Virus record (IMG/VR): IMGVR_UViG_3300027749_000231
Coordinates: 1-39,648 of that record
Source: a virus
Lineage: Duplodnaviria > Caudoviricetes
DNA: 39,648 nt
Direction: 5' to 3' (one strand)
Part shown: piece by piece, positions 31,201 through 37,688 of the stretch
How positions within the stretch are numbered: the stretch's first letter is position 1
Layout: each line of letters starts with the position of its first letter
The notes under the pieces: model-generated
The model's input: only the letters and a program-made list of their open reading frames with translations
Databases searched by the model: none
Told to the model about the DNA's origin: nothing
Program-made: the position numbers and the translations under genes

Positions 31201-31307
31201 CAGGAATTTCCTGGGACGAAACTACCAATGTAATGTTGGATACTGGCAAAATAGCTGAATTTATCAAATCAGAGCCAGGCATTTGGTATTCAGAATACAA
31301 AAAATAA
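16233..31307 (+). CDS. Giant 5024-aa multidomain baseplate/virion protein in the gp7 position
   Basis: Uninterrupted 15-kb ORF coupled to gp6 by TAATG. Contains CBM5/12-like repeats, FG-GAP-like propeller repeats, GxGY repeats and small beta modules. Confidence 0.8.
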   Translation: MATNVNGKKGLSVNLLPNFYQTPANKKFLQSTIDQLFQPGTLTKVKGYIGRENAKASTGDDVYLKSVNQPRKNYQLEPGLVIKDSSDNVSFFKDYIDYINQIDIFGGNTTNHARLNNQEFYSWDPHIDWDKFVNFQNYYWLPYGPDTITIYGPQNIVSTTYTVKLQTEGSNNQYVFTPDGSTPNPDLILYRGKTYKFEIDSPGNPFSFKTARSTGSSDRYQFLNAVDKYAVESGTITISIPENAPNILYYQSETDITSGGVIEVLSIDENTNIDVTLEILGKKSVTLSDGTLLSNGMKIAFGGQVSPATYSTDQYYVEGVGNSIILVPASVLEVISPWTIDESVPFDSTPFDKEPWEDATSFAGEVDYITINRSSRDHNPWSRYNRWFHKDVINVSASYNNTKIGLDQTLRAVRPIIEFEADIRLFNFGTTAIFDIDIFDDTTGNTTLNKHALPVFTVIEGAVSYQEPTGSFSSSVPLTAGMLVLFAGDPDPLVQNKIYQVEYIDVKHIAPTDNFPAGSKQLHLVEVASPKLNQVVLVRQGKYQSQMFWFDGTKWIQAQQKTKVNQPPLFDIVDDTGTSYSDENNYTGTTFKGSKIFSYKLGTGQADSKLGFPLSYQNVNNIGDIVFNFDLATDSFKYKKGLSLVTQNINVGYLSSLDYGGNIVYKNGWQTCITNNTQAAVRIYKNSGLTKSFQLDIFDNHTNLKDLVIKVYVNGRRLSSANWSVVNSTPYKRIILNTAIALTDVLTIRAFSSQPINSNGYYEIPINLQNNPLNDNMLNFTLGEVIDHVGTIVDNLPAFTGVFPGNSILRDLGNITPYGTRFVQHSGPLSLGIYHTTSENNNVIKAIQQSRDDYNNFKRVFIDTASNLGKDGDPVTITNLVLEKINANKPTTSPYYFSDMVPYGACIVSDLTVVDYRIKKYPLSSVFTLDKLSNKAVGVYLNGTQLMHEHDYLFSDQGFIIITERVGLKTGDTITTYEYDSTDGSFVPATPTKLGMWPAYIPQMYTDTTLVNPQTVIQGHDGSIILAYGDYRDALLLELEKRIFNNIKVKYDTDIFDISDTIPSYNRTTDYSLTEFNQVLAPNFYKWTNLIGKDLTTPLNYDRANSFTYNYSLNYAPDNISSLPGYWRGVYKWILDTDRPNICPWEMLGFTIEPNWWQDVYGPAPYTRNNLPLWQDIATGSIRKPNQPITYSKKYAKPFILNYIPVDEDGNLISPLDSGIAAGTLNPNIDNNFVFGDGSPVETAWTRSSYYPFSVLISSILLFPAKTFGILLDRSRIKRNLAGQLIYTETGLRIKPADIVLPSTYSSNSREQTAGLINYSVDLIFNYIFSNNLANYNLYKSDLKLMLPQLSYRMGAFSNQSQFNLLLESKTPTSSGNVFVPSDDYKIFLNKSSSIKKLNYSGVIITKLSTGFEIKGYSITQPYFNYYSPNNIGATVNVGGISENYSTWTPGQQYATGHVVKSDNVYYRTTVTHVSTNAFNQDYFVALASLPMSGGVSAKIKTSWDRSLINVAPYGTLITKLQDVVDFLLGYGEYLKDQGFLFDDFNKNLALVANWETSAKEFMFWSTQTWSTEQDKWSDWAASQPYTYGTIVRYDGDYYSALFNIAPATTFDYTKWSILPGLSNIGSSVISLSPSANGISFVTELSVVDSITTKFHPYEIFKVDGTPFEIAHIDSYRQENTVTYSPRTTDGIFGASFYLVQNEHIVIVNNTTIFNDIIYSPASGYRQERLKVSGYVTTDWYGGLDIPGFIFDAASIKLWEPYQDYSIGDVVNHQGYYYSAPKLLVGAPIFLASDWVLLPKKPSSQILPNWTNVATQFTDFYNLEVDSFNTDQQSMAHHLIGYQKRQYLGNIIQDDVSEFKFYQGMIREKGTQNVLNKLFDVLSSDNLESLVFYEEWAVRVGQYGAANAFENVEFILKQETYSRNNPQATLLVQQIDPSVSTFVNQQPANSVYLKPLGYSSNPFPLKENRNSFLRSAGYVNLLDVKLGIPDLKKLLLQPVTLIKTGINYKIIVPGTTNFTQIGSANNDAGTIFNATSAGTGTGVVSVDITQFVEGDYIWCAFDNNIISNTWNVYRFTDINLRVTDATYSNNTLSITCKKLVNLKVGSYVGIVLELPNAQKIQGLDGFFEVTSVTLNTFTVSAKIAGFPTPFTHQQQLVIFGLVTQRALNIDLIDSILPENPRSGDLLWTDDDSSGKWATWSYNPVYSKNTLHPVTRPSNLQFGKTTAINKIGNIAAVGTAVGNVSIYDKISKGLGWTNRQYIQAPFVSHESANEPSTLATVLAISPSGKWFLSGSPSAGNIATAYMGEYVTSNVYDIGDIVYHIDTYYQAILPVPINLIPLNNSLYWNSVPYIPVNNQSSNSELYSQGAVSLYTNDINNSYALVDTIISPLPNTNEKFGQAIALTDKVIWISAPGSNNSTGSVYKLVNTDDVRASTFYDEVGSTDLVLHVTSTAGISAGQFIQGTGFESGQTVKSVLSKLFFASVSGAPNYIRDTQNNNVNLSFISQATVVTGNGIFPNTQVVKSGIDISGKYYVLVSAERDITSTVTTVTFTNTIISAEFIVSTIQSDATVLLSSKPDQTPSGNLKFIVTNWKYDTTSTITGQQTNSNFGNVLSFSADSNTLLVSSIETRIINLETIMIGVVYIYKNNENIYSLSQTIEGVDASFGSSTSISTNGDFIAISDSVYYNNADARRGRVGIYSLNTTTNRYENPQYITDHYSDIGSNFGNSVAFMNNYDTVVVYSENAAGPQITSFDSSKATFDKSSTTFISSIIGTGRIDVYDRYNTNWVFSETLANPDENFDAFGSGFSVGNNSIFAGAPLFTPTNSQGNLIENSSQTGVLYSYTKSENIYSWKRKDSQSAIVDLEKLKSSFLYNKSTDQLVTYLDVIDPIQGKIAGPADEELKYKTFYDPAVYSNSDGTVSVTVSTQTYWSKNQLGQLWWDLRTAKFIDPYFNNILYKSNTWNNLAPGASIDIYEWVTSSLLPESWDEQADTPAGVALGISGTSLYGNKVYSTRQRYNNITKKFTNVYYYWVKNKRLTPSIDGRRISASSVSNLISSPMSEGYTYLSLIGADSFALSNSYKHLTGNNIVLSVEYWKTDSIHRNIHSQWKLISSNSIVDLPHTLEQKWIDSLCGADVAGRVVPDTELPPKLRYGIENRPRQGMFVNRIEALKEFVELTNISLLKHQIIKIRDVSKLEAYDVHPTIISGLYDSTLDTEAELTYTNANLFQRPILSPSIVDGKITGVMIINSGKGYLISPYIQIIGSGEGAIVRSVIDSAGRIVSATVESAGYGYDDTTICTVRDYCVLVLSDTSANGVWSIYSYDPTYVDNRTRSVVGIWSRIMTQSYDVKNYWTYADWYGSYTDISGKVLFKATQYTAADFSVSTYADLNSISTNVGQLVKVLTVNTGGWELLYKYANSPSIDWTQSYSLVGIQNGTLQLNSNLYETSSTTVGYDSGIYDNSGFDIKASTELRKILNTLRNNIFINELKSNYLELFFNSIHYAHSEQLYLDWIFKTSFVRATHNVGTLGQPVYYPVDNLSNFQDYISEVKPYKTKVREYISNYTSTDISESAVTDFDLSPIFFNNGLSVVETQVVDETLTFNSSLVNTYPWKFWLDTVGYSVMELKIVNGGSGYVTLPEVIISSSSGTGATAKAFFTNGSINRILLLTPGSGYLTAPSVSLVGGLATGGTAARIVAIIGDGLARTNSINIKFDRLSYTNYINTLDVTESFVGTGSKLQYSLKWAPDIHVGRSSVLVDNNVVLRELYTLKVIATVINGYTHYSGTITFETAPVKLGSIVVNYKKNISLLNAIDRIEFFYNSATGEIGKEFNQLMLGIDYGGTIVGNLGFNTSQGWNDVPYAVNAWDVFDPTFNDYIITVSANTHSFKLPYTPRIGTEINVYRAQNAVTSTPADGTSLTYNFNLLINQPVVSIITNVHSVSSIGINGIATLANINGVISDYAISTNLQSVLTSVFGAAGQGVIEFDQISNIVIGQFVSGTGVAINTKVTYISNKFVTLSTNLSADASGNYNFFTLGTSLTLNSTTNIAEGLSIIGKGFTTQTVNKKLNSTTILLSSPPDLIPTVGEILEFTNNSAGSKIIKVSSVANLKIGDGCDISPHRLGVFGYNTKIVSIDAVNSSVTLDQILFINLANNTDLTFTRILSQPVDVIAYPSGIAVLTEIVPVGSNVCIYGKLDPTRLDDPDFGTIQQTNPDAIISPIIIGTTQMPLLERYPFANGTFAYVITLPLSLTVNTGDEFIFRQSTSDGSIAPSDYDSDIVGGDLAYSSAQGLLADDIVVDGDGFTTPTSSPAPEEVVPGQVVDTLSIKVFDKPTSGNANIQVINYVATGSQASFLLPKIFSSSQSIIVKLAGVIQTVTTDYVIDYATQSVTFAANPTINKIVSIFTIGLSGSNILDIEYFVGDGSTIEFVTRAPWLVDVYSLIYVNGLTADYTLFKTDNTYDLANATGIRFSVAPASGALINYIIVSGNQQTFSVTTTERIATHGSDTYTLDTIIGNSFPNEASVVVRVDQSILRGPNVSYYTIKSNKLTYTINTDKILPQSVSLQDIIVYVDNFTLIYGRDYTVDLTGISIKITRQTYKAYAGKQLVISIRHNQGYLYNPTTNQIIFANSYDSLNTVEVISSFRHDSLDIQRTEITARTIENITPESLVYYEYLSTLGGTIILDRPVINESYVWVIKNSKILTPGVDYVLHDNRTEIQLTLPLHIDDTIELITFGSNILKLGIAYMQFKDMLNRTVYKRLSLKKQTTLASDLSWNSTQIVLTDASEFQAPNRSSNVPGVIDIRGERIEYFSKVGNILSNIRRGTLGTGITSLNIAGTFVQDIGNAETIPYKDSVSTTTFASNGTNIVPLGFAPATANEIEVFVGGYDTSAIWEMHTSYSEDTIVNVGSYTYRCTVTHTSSDNFSNDIVNWAFFVGNIRLKKAPYQLFNVNLGPYSNTDTAVEFDADFVVDGERNQITLTNSLAIGTRVTVVKTTGISWDETTNVMLDTGKIAEFIKSEPGIWYSEYKK

Positions 31308-31310
31308 TTA

Positions 31311-31342
31311 TAAAACACCTAGTTAATAATAGCAGATAAATA
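31311..31342 (+). promoter_or_regulatory. Putative tripartite late promoter (variant copy)
   Basis: TAAAACAC-CTA-GTTAAT-AATAGCA-GATAAATA has the same N3/N7 spacing as the copies at 6775 and 12692. Confidence 0.6.
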
Positions 31343-31362
31343 CTAAACAAAGAGAGATCAAC

Positions 31363-31974
31363 ATGCAGACTAAAGACGCAACTGGAATTCATATAGAAGG
31401 GCATATTAAGATATTTGACCCTGTCTCAAAAGAAATTTATATTGATAAACGTAATGCTATTCATTATGAAAACATGAGTATTGCCTTAGCACAGTCGCTA
31501 TCTAACAACATTACTGGCGGATTTATATATGAGATGGATTTTGGTAACGGCGGCACTGCGGTAGATCCTACTGGCATTATTACATATCTTACTCCAAATT
31601 CTAGCGGATCCAACGCCAGTTTATATAATAAAACTTACAGCAAAGTAGTTAATTCTACAAGTAGTACAAATACTGATCCTACAAGAAATTTTACAGAAGT
31701 AAGACATGCAACAGGTACAAACTATACAGATATTTTTGTAACTTGCTTGTTAGACTACGGCGAACCTAGCGGCCAAAAAGCATTTGATATTACCTCAGAT
31801 GTTAACAGCACATTTACGTTTGATGAATTAGGCTTAAGAAGCTACAGCACAGTGGGCGAAAGTTTGTTATTAACTCACGTTGTCTTTCACCCTGTACTAA
31901 AAAGTCTTAACAGATTAATTCAAATTGACTATACTGTGCGTATTCAGAGTTTAACTGGCCTTGTGTCGGTTTAA
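31363..31974 (+). CDS. Virion structural protein (baseplate / fibre-attachment-like), 203 aa
   Basis: EGHIKIFD...KRNAIH, MDFGNGG, FDELGL and LLTHVVFHPVLKSLNRLIQIDYTVRI. Located between the giant baseplate gene and the fibre genes. Confidence 0.65.
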   Translation: MQTKDATGIHIEGHIKIFDPVSKEIYIDKRNAIHYENMSIALAQSLSNNITGGFIYEMDFGNGGTAVDPTGIITYLTPNSSGSNASLYNKTYSKVVNSTSSTNTDPTRNFTEVRHATGTNYTDIFVTCLLDYGEPSGQKAFDITSDVNSTFTFDELGLRSYSTVGESLLLTHVVFHPVLKSLNRLIQIDYTVRIQSLTGLVSV

Positions 31975-31985
31975 GGAGTTAGCAA

Positions 31986-34193
31986 ATGACTTATCAAGTT
32001 CAATTTACTGATTCTACTAACCCTAACAAACCTCCAATTACAGTTGCCGATGGAACAATAAACACTGATTCTACAAGTATTGGATTTGTAGGTCAATCTT
32101 ATCCTGGGTATGCTCCAATAGTTGCTGATAATTTATTACATATATTAGAAAATTTTGCAGCGCCTTTTAGTCCATCTAATCCTGTACAAGGACAATTGTG
32201 GTACGACACCCAATCAAGTACCTTGAAAATTTTTGATAGTACCACATGGGTGACAGCAGGAAATTTAAAAAAAGGCACTGCTGCACCAGCAGTTTCTAGC
32301 AGCTTACAAGGAGACTTGTGGTCAAATACGTCGACGAATCAGTTATATTTGTTTACAGGAAGTAATTGGACCTTGGTTGGTCCACAATTTAGCATAGGTA
32401 CACAAACTGGACCTAGTGTAGATACTATTATTGACAGTAATAATGTTAGTCATTATGTTATTTCAATGTATGCAAATAATAATATTATTTCTATAATTAG
32501 TAAAGAAAAATTTATTCCAAAAGCTTCTGTTCCAGGATTCAGCATAATAAATGAAGGTATAAATCTTAGTTCAATAGATAGTACTAATACTACCAACCCA
32601 ACTAGATTTTGGGGAATTGCACAACAGTCAGATGCATTATATTACAATGGAACAACTGTTCCTGCTACAAATTTTTTAAGAAGTGATATAGTAAGTACTA
32701 CGTCTAATCAATTGAATATACAATCAGACGCAGGTCTGGGTATTGGATCCAATCTGGGTTTTATTATAGATATTGAAAATGGTAGTCCTACTTTAAAATC
32801 TACCCTGGCTGGCACAAATCTTAATATAAAGCTAACAACTTCTGGTGGGGTAACCAATACTGTACTACATGCCGATTCTTCAGGAAAAGTAGGAATTAAT
32901 ACCCTTGCACCGTCTTCTGCATTAGATGTATCAGGTTTAATTACAGCTAGTACTGGACTGAAAATAACAGGAACCGCAGATAGTAGTTATTCTCCGGGCA
33001 CCTTATTCACTTCAGCTACTGGTAGTATAGTCACACAGGGCGGCCTGAGCGTTGCTAAAAAATCAAATTTTGGCGATGATATTACTAGTTTTGGTCAATA
33101 TTTTTTAAATTACTTAGATGCTAATGCAAACCCAATTGCCGCTTCGGTTATAGTGCCAGGGTACACATCAAATTCGGCAGAAGCAGCTAGTTTAAACATC
33201 CCAAATATTATAAATCCTCTATATGATATTGGAACGCAAACACGTCGTTTTAGAAATATATTTGCTACTAATTTTTCTGGAAATTTTACAGGAACATTTA
33301 CCGGCACATTAGAAGGCAGTGCTAACGGAACAGCTGCCGCTTTGTCTAGCCCTACTGTTTTTAGTTTGATTGGAGACGTAACTAGTAATAGTGTTAGTTT
33401 TAACGGCCAGTCAGAAACTGGCACTGCAATATTCAGCACTTCGATTAACCAGAATTTTATTTCAGGCAAAACTTCTGCAACTGATTCATTAATAAATGAT
33501 GAGTTCTTGGTATACAGATCCGGTACTGGCTTACTTAAGATGTCAAAAGCTGTGTTAACTAACCACATAGCAACTATTCCTGTTGGTACAATTTTACCCT
33601 TTGCTGGAATAGCTGTGCCCACTGGTTATCTATTATGTGATGGTTCTGAAGTTTTAATAGCAACGTATTCGGATTTATACTCTGTTATTGGGTATTCCTA
33701 CAAAGCGCCTGGATTATTAGACGGCCTTGGATCGTTTGGACTTCCTGATCTTCGAGGACGGTTTGCGCTCGGTGCTGATAATATGAATAATTACATGACA
33801 GTTCCAAGTAAAGATGGTTCAGGCAATCAGGTAAGTACTTCGTTGGACCTAAATGGCAATCCTAGTTTAATTGCACATCGTGTTAACGAGATAACTGCCA
33901 CAGTAATTGGTCAAGGAAACACCTATGCAACAGAATCAAAAACATTAGCAAGCAGTAATTTACCAGACCATACGCACAGTCTTAATGACGGTACTAGTCA
34001 GTTCTATGCAGTTAACACTCCCGGTGAAGCTAGCGATAGAAATGCTATTCCAAATAAAGGCACATCTGGTGATAGCGGAACCGGATCGGGTATTTTAAAC
34101 ACAGGTAGTGTGAATGGAACTACAGGCACCCCTGTAAATATAATGAATCCGTATCAGACTATTAACTATATAATTTTTACTGGTATAATTTAA
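31986..34193 (+). CDS. Tail fibre with phage tail-collar domain (short-fibre-like)
   Basis: IPVGTILPFAG..VPTGYLLCDG...LYSVIG...FGLPDLRGRF (tail collar), LPDHTH, and C-terminal MNPYQTINYII. N-terminus shared with the next two ORFs. Confidence 0.85.
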   Translation: MTYQVQFTDSTNPNKPPITVADGTINTDSTSIGFVGQSYPGYAPIVADNLLHILENFAAPFSPSNPVQGQLWYDTQSSTLKIFDSTTWVTAGNLKKGTAAPAVSSSLQGDLWSNTSTNQLYLFTGSNWTLVGPQFSIGTQTGPSVDTIIDSNNVSHYVISMYANNNIISIISKEKFIPKASVPGFSIINEGINLSSIDSTNTTNPTRFWGIAQQSDALYYNGTTVPATNFLRSDIVSTTSNQLNIQSDAGLGIGSNLGFIIDIENGSPTLKSTLAGTNLNIKLTTSGGVTNTVLHADSSGKVGINTLAPSSALDVSGLITASTGLKITGTADSSYSPGTLFTSATGSIVTQGGLSVAKKSNFGDDITSFGQYFLNYLDANANPIAASVIVPGYTSNSAEAASLNIPNIINPLYDIGTQTRRFRNIFATNFSGNFTGTFTGTLEGSANGTAAALSSPTVFSLIGDVTSNSVSFNGQSETGTAIFSTSINQNFISGKTSATDSLINDEFLVYRSGTGLLKMSKAVLTNHIATIPVGTILPFAGIAVPTGYLLCDGSEVLIATYSDLYSVIGYSYKAPGLLDGLGSFGLPDLRGRFALGADNMNNYMTVPSKDGSGNQVSTSLDLNGNPSLIAHRVNEITATVIGQGNTYATESKTLASSNLPDHTHSLNDGTSQFYAVNTPGEASDRNAIPNKGTSGDSGTGSGILNTGSVNGTTGTPVNIMNPYQTINYIIFTGII

Positions 34194-34194
34194 T

Positions 34195-36096
34195 ATGAGC
34201 TATAATATAACCCTTACTAACGGAATAGGTTTAACTGTTATTTCAGACGGCCAGATTGATCAAGTCCATACTGATCTTACATTGATAGGAAAAAATACAA
34301 CAAACTATGGTGTATTCTTCAATGATAATTTTGTAAGATTGTTAGAAAATTTTGCAAATACTAATCAACCTAACTATCCGTTAATAGGACAACTGTGGTT
34401 TGACACTTCAGAAAACAGACTTAAAGTTTATAATGGAATCTCGTTTACTACAACTAACGGTACAATAGTTTCTCCAACTATACCAGTTAGTATTTCTAGA
34501 GGAGATATATGGATTGATAGTACAAACGGCCAATTATGGTTCAATGATGGACTTTCCAATAAACTTGCTGGACCTGGATATTCAACCACCCAAGGAGAAA
34601 GCGGCCTTTCTACAAAAACAATTTTGGATGTTAACGGCGCTTTACACACTATTGTAGAATTAAAAGTTGGAAGTACCACCCTGGGTATTTTTAGCAAAGA
34701 TACTTTTATCCCAGCTAATCCAATTGCTGGATTTAGTACAACTGCTAAATTTTTAGCTTATCAAGTTGGTGCAATACTAACGGTTACATCAATGGTTAGT
34801 GGTCAAGTTGGCATTGGTCAGACTATATTTGGTAATACTATATTTTCTAATACACAAATAACGGAACAACTAACTGGTGATACTGGCAATATTGGCACAT
34901 ACGCTGTTAGTAATAGCAATATAGTAGGAAGTATACAATCCCCTGTGTCACTGAGTTCGACAAATGATATAATTAAAGTTGGATTTAATACAAGTTCTTA
35001 CCCTGGAGTTGTTTTTAATACAGTTGTCACCAAAGCGCAACAGCTATTAGCTGCTGACGGGAGTTTACGGACAGCTGAGAGTTTCCTTTCTTCTCAAGAA
35101 AACTCATCTACTATTGGTACATTGGTAATACAAAATGATAATCCACTAGTATTAGGCGGTTATTCAGATTTAGAATTAAACATTAATAGATCAACCAATT
35201 CTATTATAATGCAATCTAATGTTATAAATCAGAATTTTCAAATTAATCTCAAGAGTGGCGGCGCAATAGCAACTCCAATTTATGTAAATGCACAGGATAA
35301 AAAAGTAGGAATTTTTACTACAACACCTAGCAGTATGTTAGATGTTGCTGGTAGCGTTAATATTCAAGGAAACCTTACTGTACAGGGTAATGTTACAACA
35401 GTAAGCAGTACTTCGGTAAGTGTGGCAGATAAAAATATTGTTTTAGGTAATACAGCTACACCAACAGATGTTACTGCTAGCGGTGGCGGCCTAACTTTAG
35501 CAGGTCTAACATCAAAAGTTATTGCATGGGATTCTGTAACCAATAATGAATCAACTAATACAGGATACTGGAATTTTACAGATAATATTAATGTTGGAAG
35601 TAATTCTTTAGGTTATTATATCAACGGCCAAAGTGTACTCAGCTCAACGAGTTTAGGAAATACTATAACTAGTGCTCCGGGAATTACCAGTTTAGGAATT
35701 TTGACCAGTGTACAAGCAGGTAATTTATCTATTATTGGATCTACTATTTCCTACACTAGTATACAAACGTCGGGTGATGTTAAATTACAACCAAAGGGCA
35801 TAGGATCTGTGGATGTTAGTAGTGCTAACATTGTTAATCTTGCAACTCCTGCAAATAATACAGACGCTGCTAATAAATCATATGTTGATTCTTCTATAAA
35901 GCTAGCACCTTTGGGGATAAGTCTAAATACAACAGGCAAAGATAACACCACAATAGGTACACTTTTATTGGCTATTATTTTTCCTGTAGAAGAACACCCA
36001 AACGGAACAAAATGCAGGGTTCAATGTTCCGATTTGACAATAAAATTGTACGAAGTAGCTGGTGGTGTATGGAGTTGGCAAGCAGATATTGCTTAA
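34195..36096 (+). CDS. Tail fibre-like structural protein
   Basis: Shared N-terminus (TDLTLIGKN...LLENFAN...GQLWFD), KVGIFTTTPSSMLDVAG, VADKNIVLG and NLATPANNTDAANKSYVD fibre motifs. Confidence 0.75.
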   Translation: MSYNITLTNGIGLTVISDGQIDQVHTDLTLIGKNTTNYGVFFNDNFVRLLENFANTNQPNYPLIGQLWFDTSENRLKVYNGISFTTTNGTIVSPTIPVSISRGDIWIDSTNGQLWFNDGLSNKLAGPGYSTTQGESGLSTKTILDVNGALHTIVELKVGSTTLGIFSKDTFIPANPIAGFSTTAKFLAYQVGAILTVTSMVSGQVGIGQTIFGNTIFSNTQITEQLTGDTGNIGTYAVSNSNIVGSIQSPVSLSSTNDIIKVGFNTSSYPGVVFNTVVTKAQQLLAADGSLRTAESFLSSQENSSTIGTLVIQNDNPLVLGGYSDLELNINRSTNSIIMQSNVINQNFQINLKSGGAIATPIYVNAQDKKVGIFTTTPSSMLDVAGSVNIQGNLTVQGNVTTVSSTSVSVADKNIVLGNTATPTDVTASGGGLTLAGLTSKVIAWDSVTNNESTNTGYWNFTDNINVGSNSLGYYINGQSVLSSTSLGNTITSAPGITSLGILTSVQAGNLSIIGSTISYTSIQTSGDVKLQPKGIGSVDVSSANIVNLATPANNTDAANKSYVDSSIKLAPLGISLNTTGKDNTTIGTLLLAIIFPVEEHPNGTKCRVQCSDLTIKLYEVAGGVWSWQADIA

Positions 36097-36106
36097 TGTA
36101 AACCGA

Positions 36107-36114
36107 CATAAATA
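36107..36114 (+). promoter_or_regulatory. Putative late promoter core (CATAAATA)
   Basis: ATAAATA core in the short intergenic gap before the ATG at 36137. Confidence 0.5.
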
Positions 36115-36136
36115 TACAAACAAGGAAAAAGGCGAG

Positions 36137-37657
36137 ATGTCATATACAATAAATCATTACAACGGTTCATTATTAACAACAGTGGCAGACGGAACCGTAG
36201 ATAATAGCACAGACCTTACGCTAATTGGTAAGAATTATGCTGGGTATGGCACTTCTCAGAATGATAATTTTGTTTGGTTACTAGAGAATTTTGCAAACAC
36301 TACTGAACCTCCTTCCCCATTAACCGGTCAAATTTGGTTTGATAGTGCTAACCTTAAATTAAAATTTTATGACGGTAGTAAATTTAGAACAACGAGTAGT
36401 ACAGAAGTAAGTGCTATACCCCCTATAGGATTAACACTTGGGGATTTATGGTTTGATACTACTTCAGATCAATTGTATGCATACAACGGCAATCTTTCTG
36501 ATCCTTTTACATTGATTGGCCCGCAAGGAGTTACAGGACAAGGACTTACTGAGATGCAATCAATCTTGGTAAAAGACACATCAAATGCTGCTCATCCAAT
36601 CATTCAAGCAGTTATTAATGGTACTGTGGTTTTCATAATTAGTGCAGATAATGCGTTTACTCTTAATGCTATTAATCCTATTAACGGATTTGATAGGATT
36701 GAACAAGGACTAACACTTGCGTACACCCGACAAGCAGATAACGGCATAACAAATAGTAGTACAGCACATCGCTGGTGGGGTACAGCAACTAATTCTGATA
36801 AGTTAAACGGCCTTCCTGCATCTAGTTATTTGCAAAGTGATAGTCCTATTTTTATGGGCACTGCACATTTTCCAGATACTGGTTATACTGTGGGCGGCTC
36901 AACGGGATTAGTTAATCCTAAATTAAAAGTTAGCATTGGAAACTCTGGAGCTACTCCAATTATTGAAAATGTTATTAATGATACTATAGCATTTCGTACT
37001 ACATCGGGCGCAGGAAAACTGTATCCTTTAACAATCAAAGGTAATGATTTATTGCCCGGCGGCCCGTTAGTAATTACTAATTTTACTTCCGACAGCACAA
37101 ATAACTTAGGTAGTGCTACAGCACGTTGGTCTACAGTATGGGCTATCAATTTTAATGGAACTTCAACAAATTCAAACTATTTGATGGTTGGAGGAAATCC
37201 GTCTGCTGCATCTATAGCAAGTGCTCCAAATACGATTGTTGCAAGAAATAGTAATAACGATATATTTGCCAATGTTATAAATGGTACATCCACTAGTGCA
37301 AACTATGCTGATTTGGCCGAAAAATATCTAGCTGACGCTGACTACGAAGTTGGTACAGTTCTAATGATTGGCGGCGATAAAGAAGTAACTGCGTGTGAAG
37401 TTGGTTTCCTCGCAGTTGGACCAGTATCTGGAAATCCAGCTTACATGATGAATAGTGGATTAGAAGGTGGAACTTATGTTGCCCTAAAAGGTCGCGTTCC
37501 TGTTAAAGTTGACGGACCAATTATTAAAGGACAACGATTAATTGCAGGTGCTAGCGGTTGCGCACAAGCAGCAACAGATAACATAGATACTTTTGCTATT
37601 GCATTAGAAACTAACAACACAACTTCGATTAAATTAGTAGAATGTGTTATACTTTAA
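36137..37657 (+). CDS. Tail fibre with C-terminal intramolecular-chaperone / autocleavage-like domain
   Basis: Start MSYTINHYNG at 36137 parallels MSYNITLTNG of its paralogue. C-terminal ANYADLAEKY...VSGNPAYMMN...VALKGRVPVKV resembles the peptidase G2 IMC domain. Confidence 0.75.
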   Translation: MSYTINHYNGSLLTTVADGTVDNSTDLTLIGKNYAGYGTSQNDNFVWLLENFANTTEPPSPLTGQIWFDSANLKLKFYDGSKFRTTSSTEVSAIPPIGLTLGDLWFDTTSDQLYAYNGNLSDPFTLIGPQGVTGQGLTEMQSILVKDTSNAAHPIIQAVINGTVVFIISADNAFTLNAINPINGFDRIEQGLTLAYTRQADNGITNSSTAHRWWGTATNSDKLNGLPASSYLQSDSPIFMGTAHFPDTGYTVGGSTGLVNPKLKVSIGNSGATPIIENVINDTIAFRTTSGAGKLYPLTIKGNDLLPGGPLVITNFTSDSTNNLGSATARWSTVWAINFNGTSTNSNYLMVGGNPSAASIASAPNTIVARNSNNDIFANVINGTSTSANYADLAEKYLADADYEVGTVLMIGGDKEVTACEVGFLAVGPVSGNPAYMMNSGLEGGTYVALKGRVPVKVDGPIIKGQRLIAGASGCAQAATDNIDTFAIALETNNTTSIKLVECVIL

Positions 37658-37688
37658 ACATAACTAATTTAAAAATAAAAGGTAAAAA

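Noticed and set aside
7818-36136. Track start positions 7818, 10500 and 36062
   Set aside because: These are upstream non-ATG starts overlapping the previous gene. ATGs at 7833, 10566 and 36137 fit stop-start coupling and paralogue alignment better.
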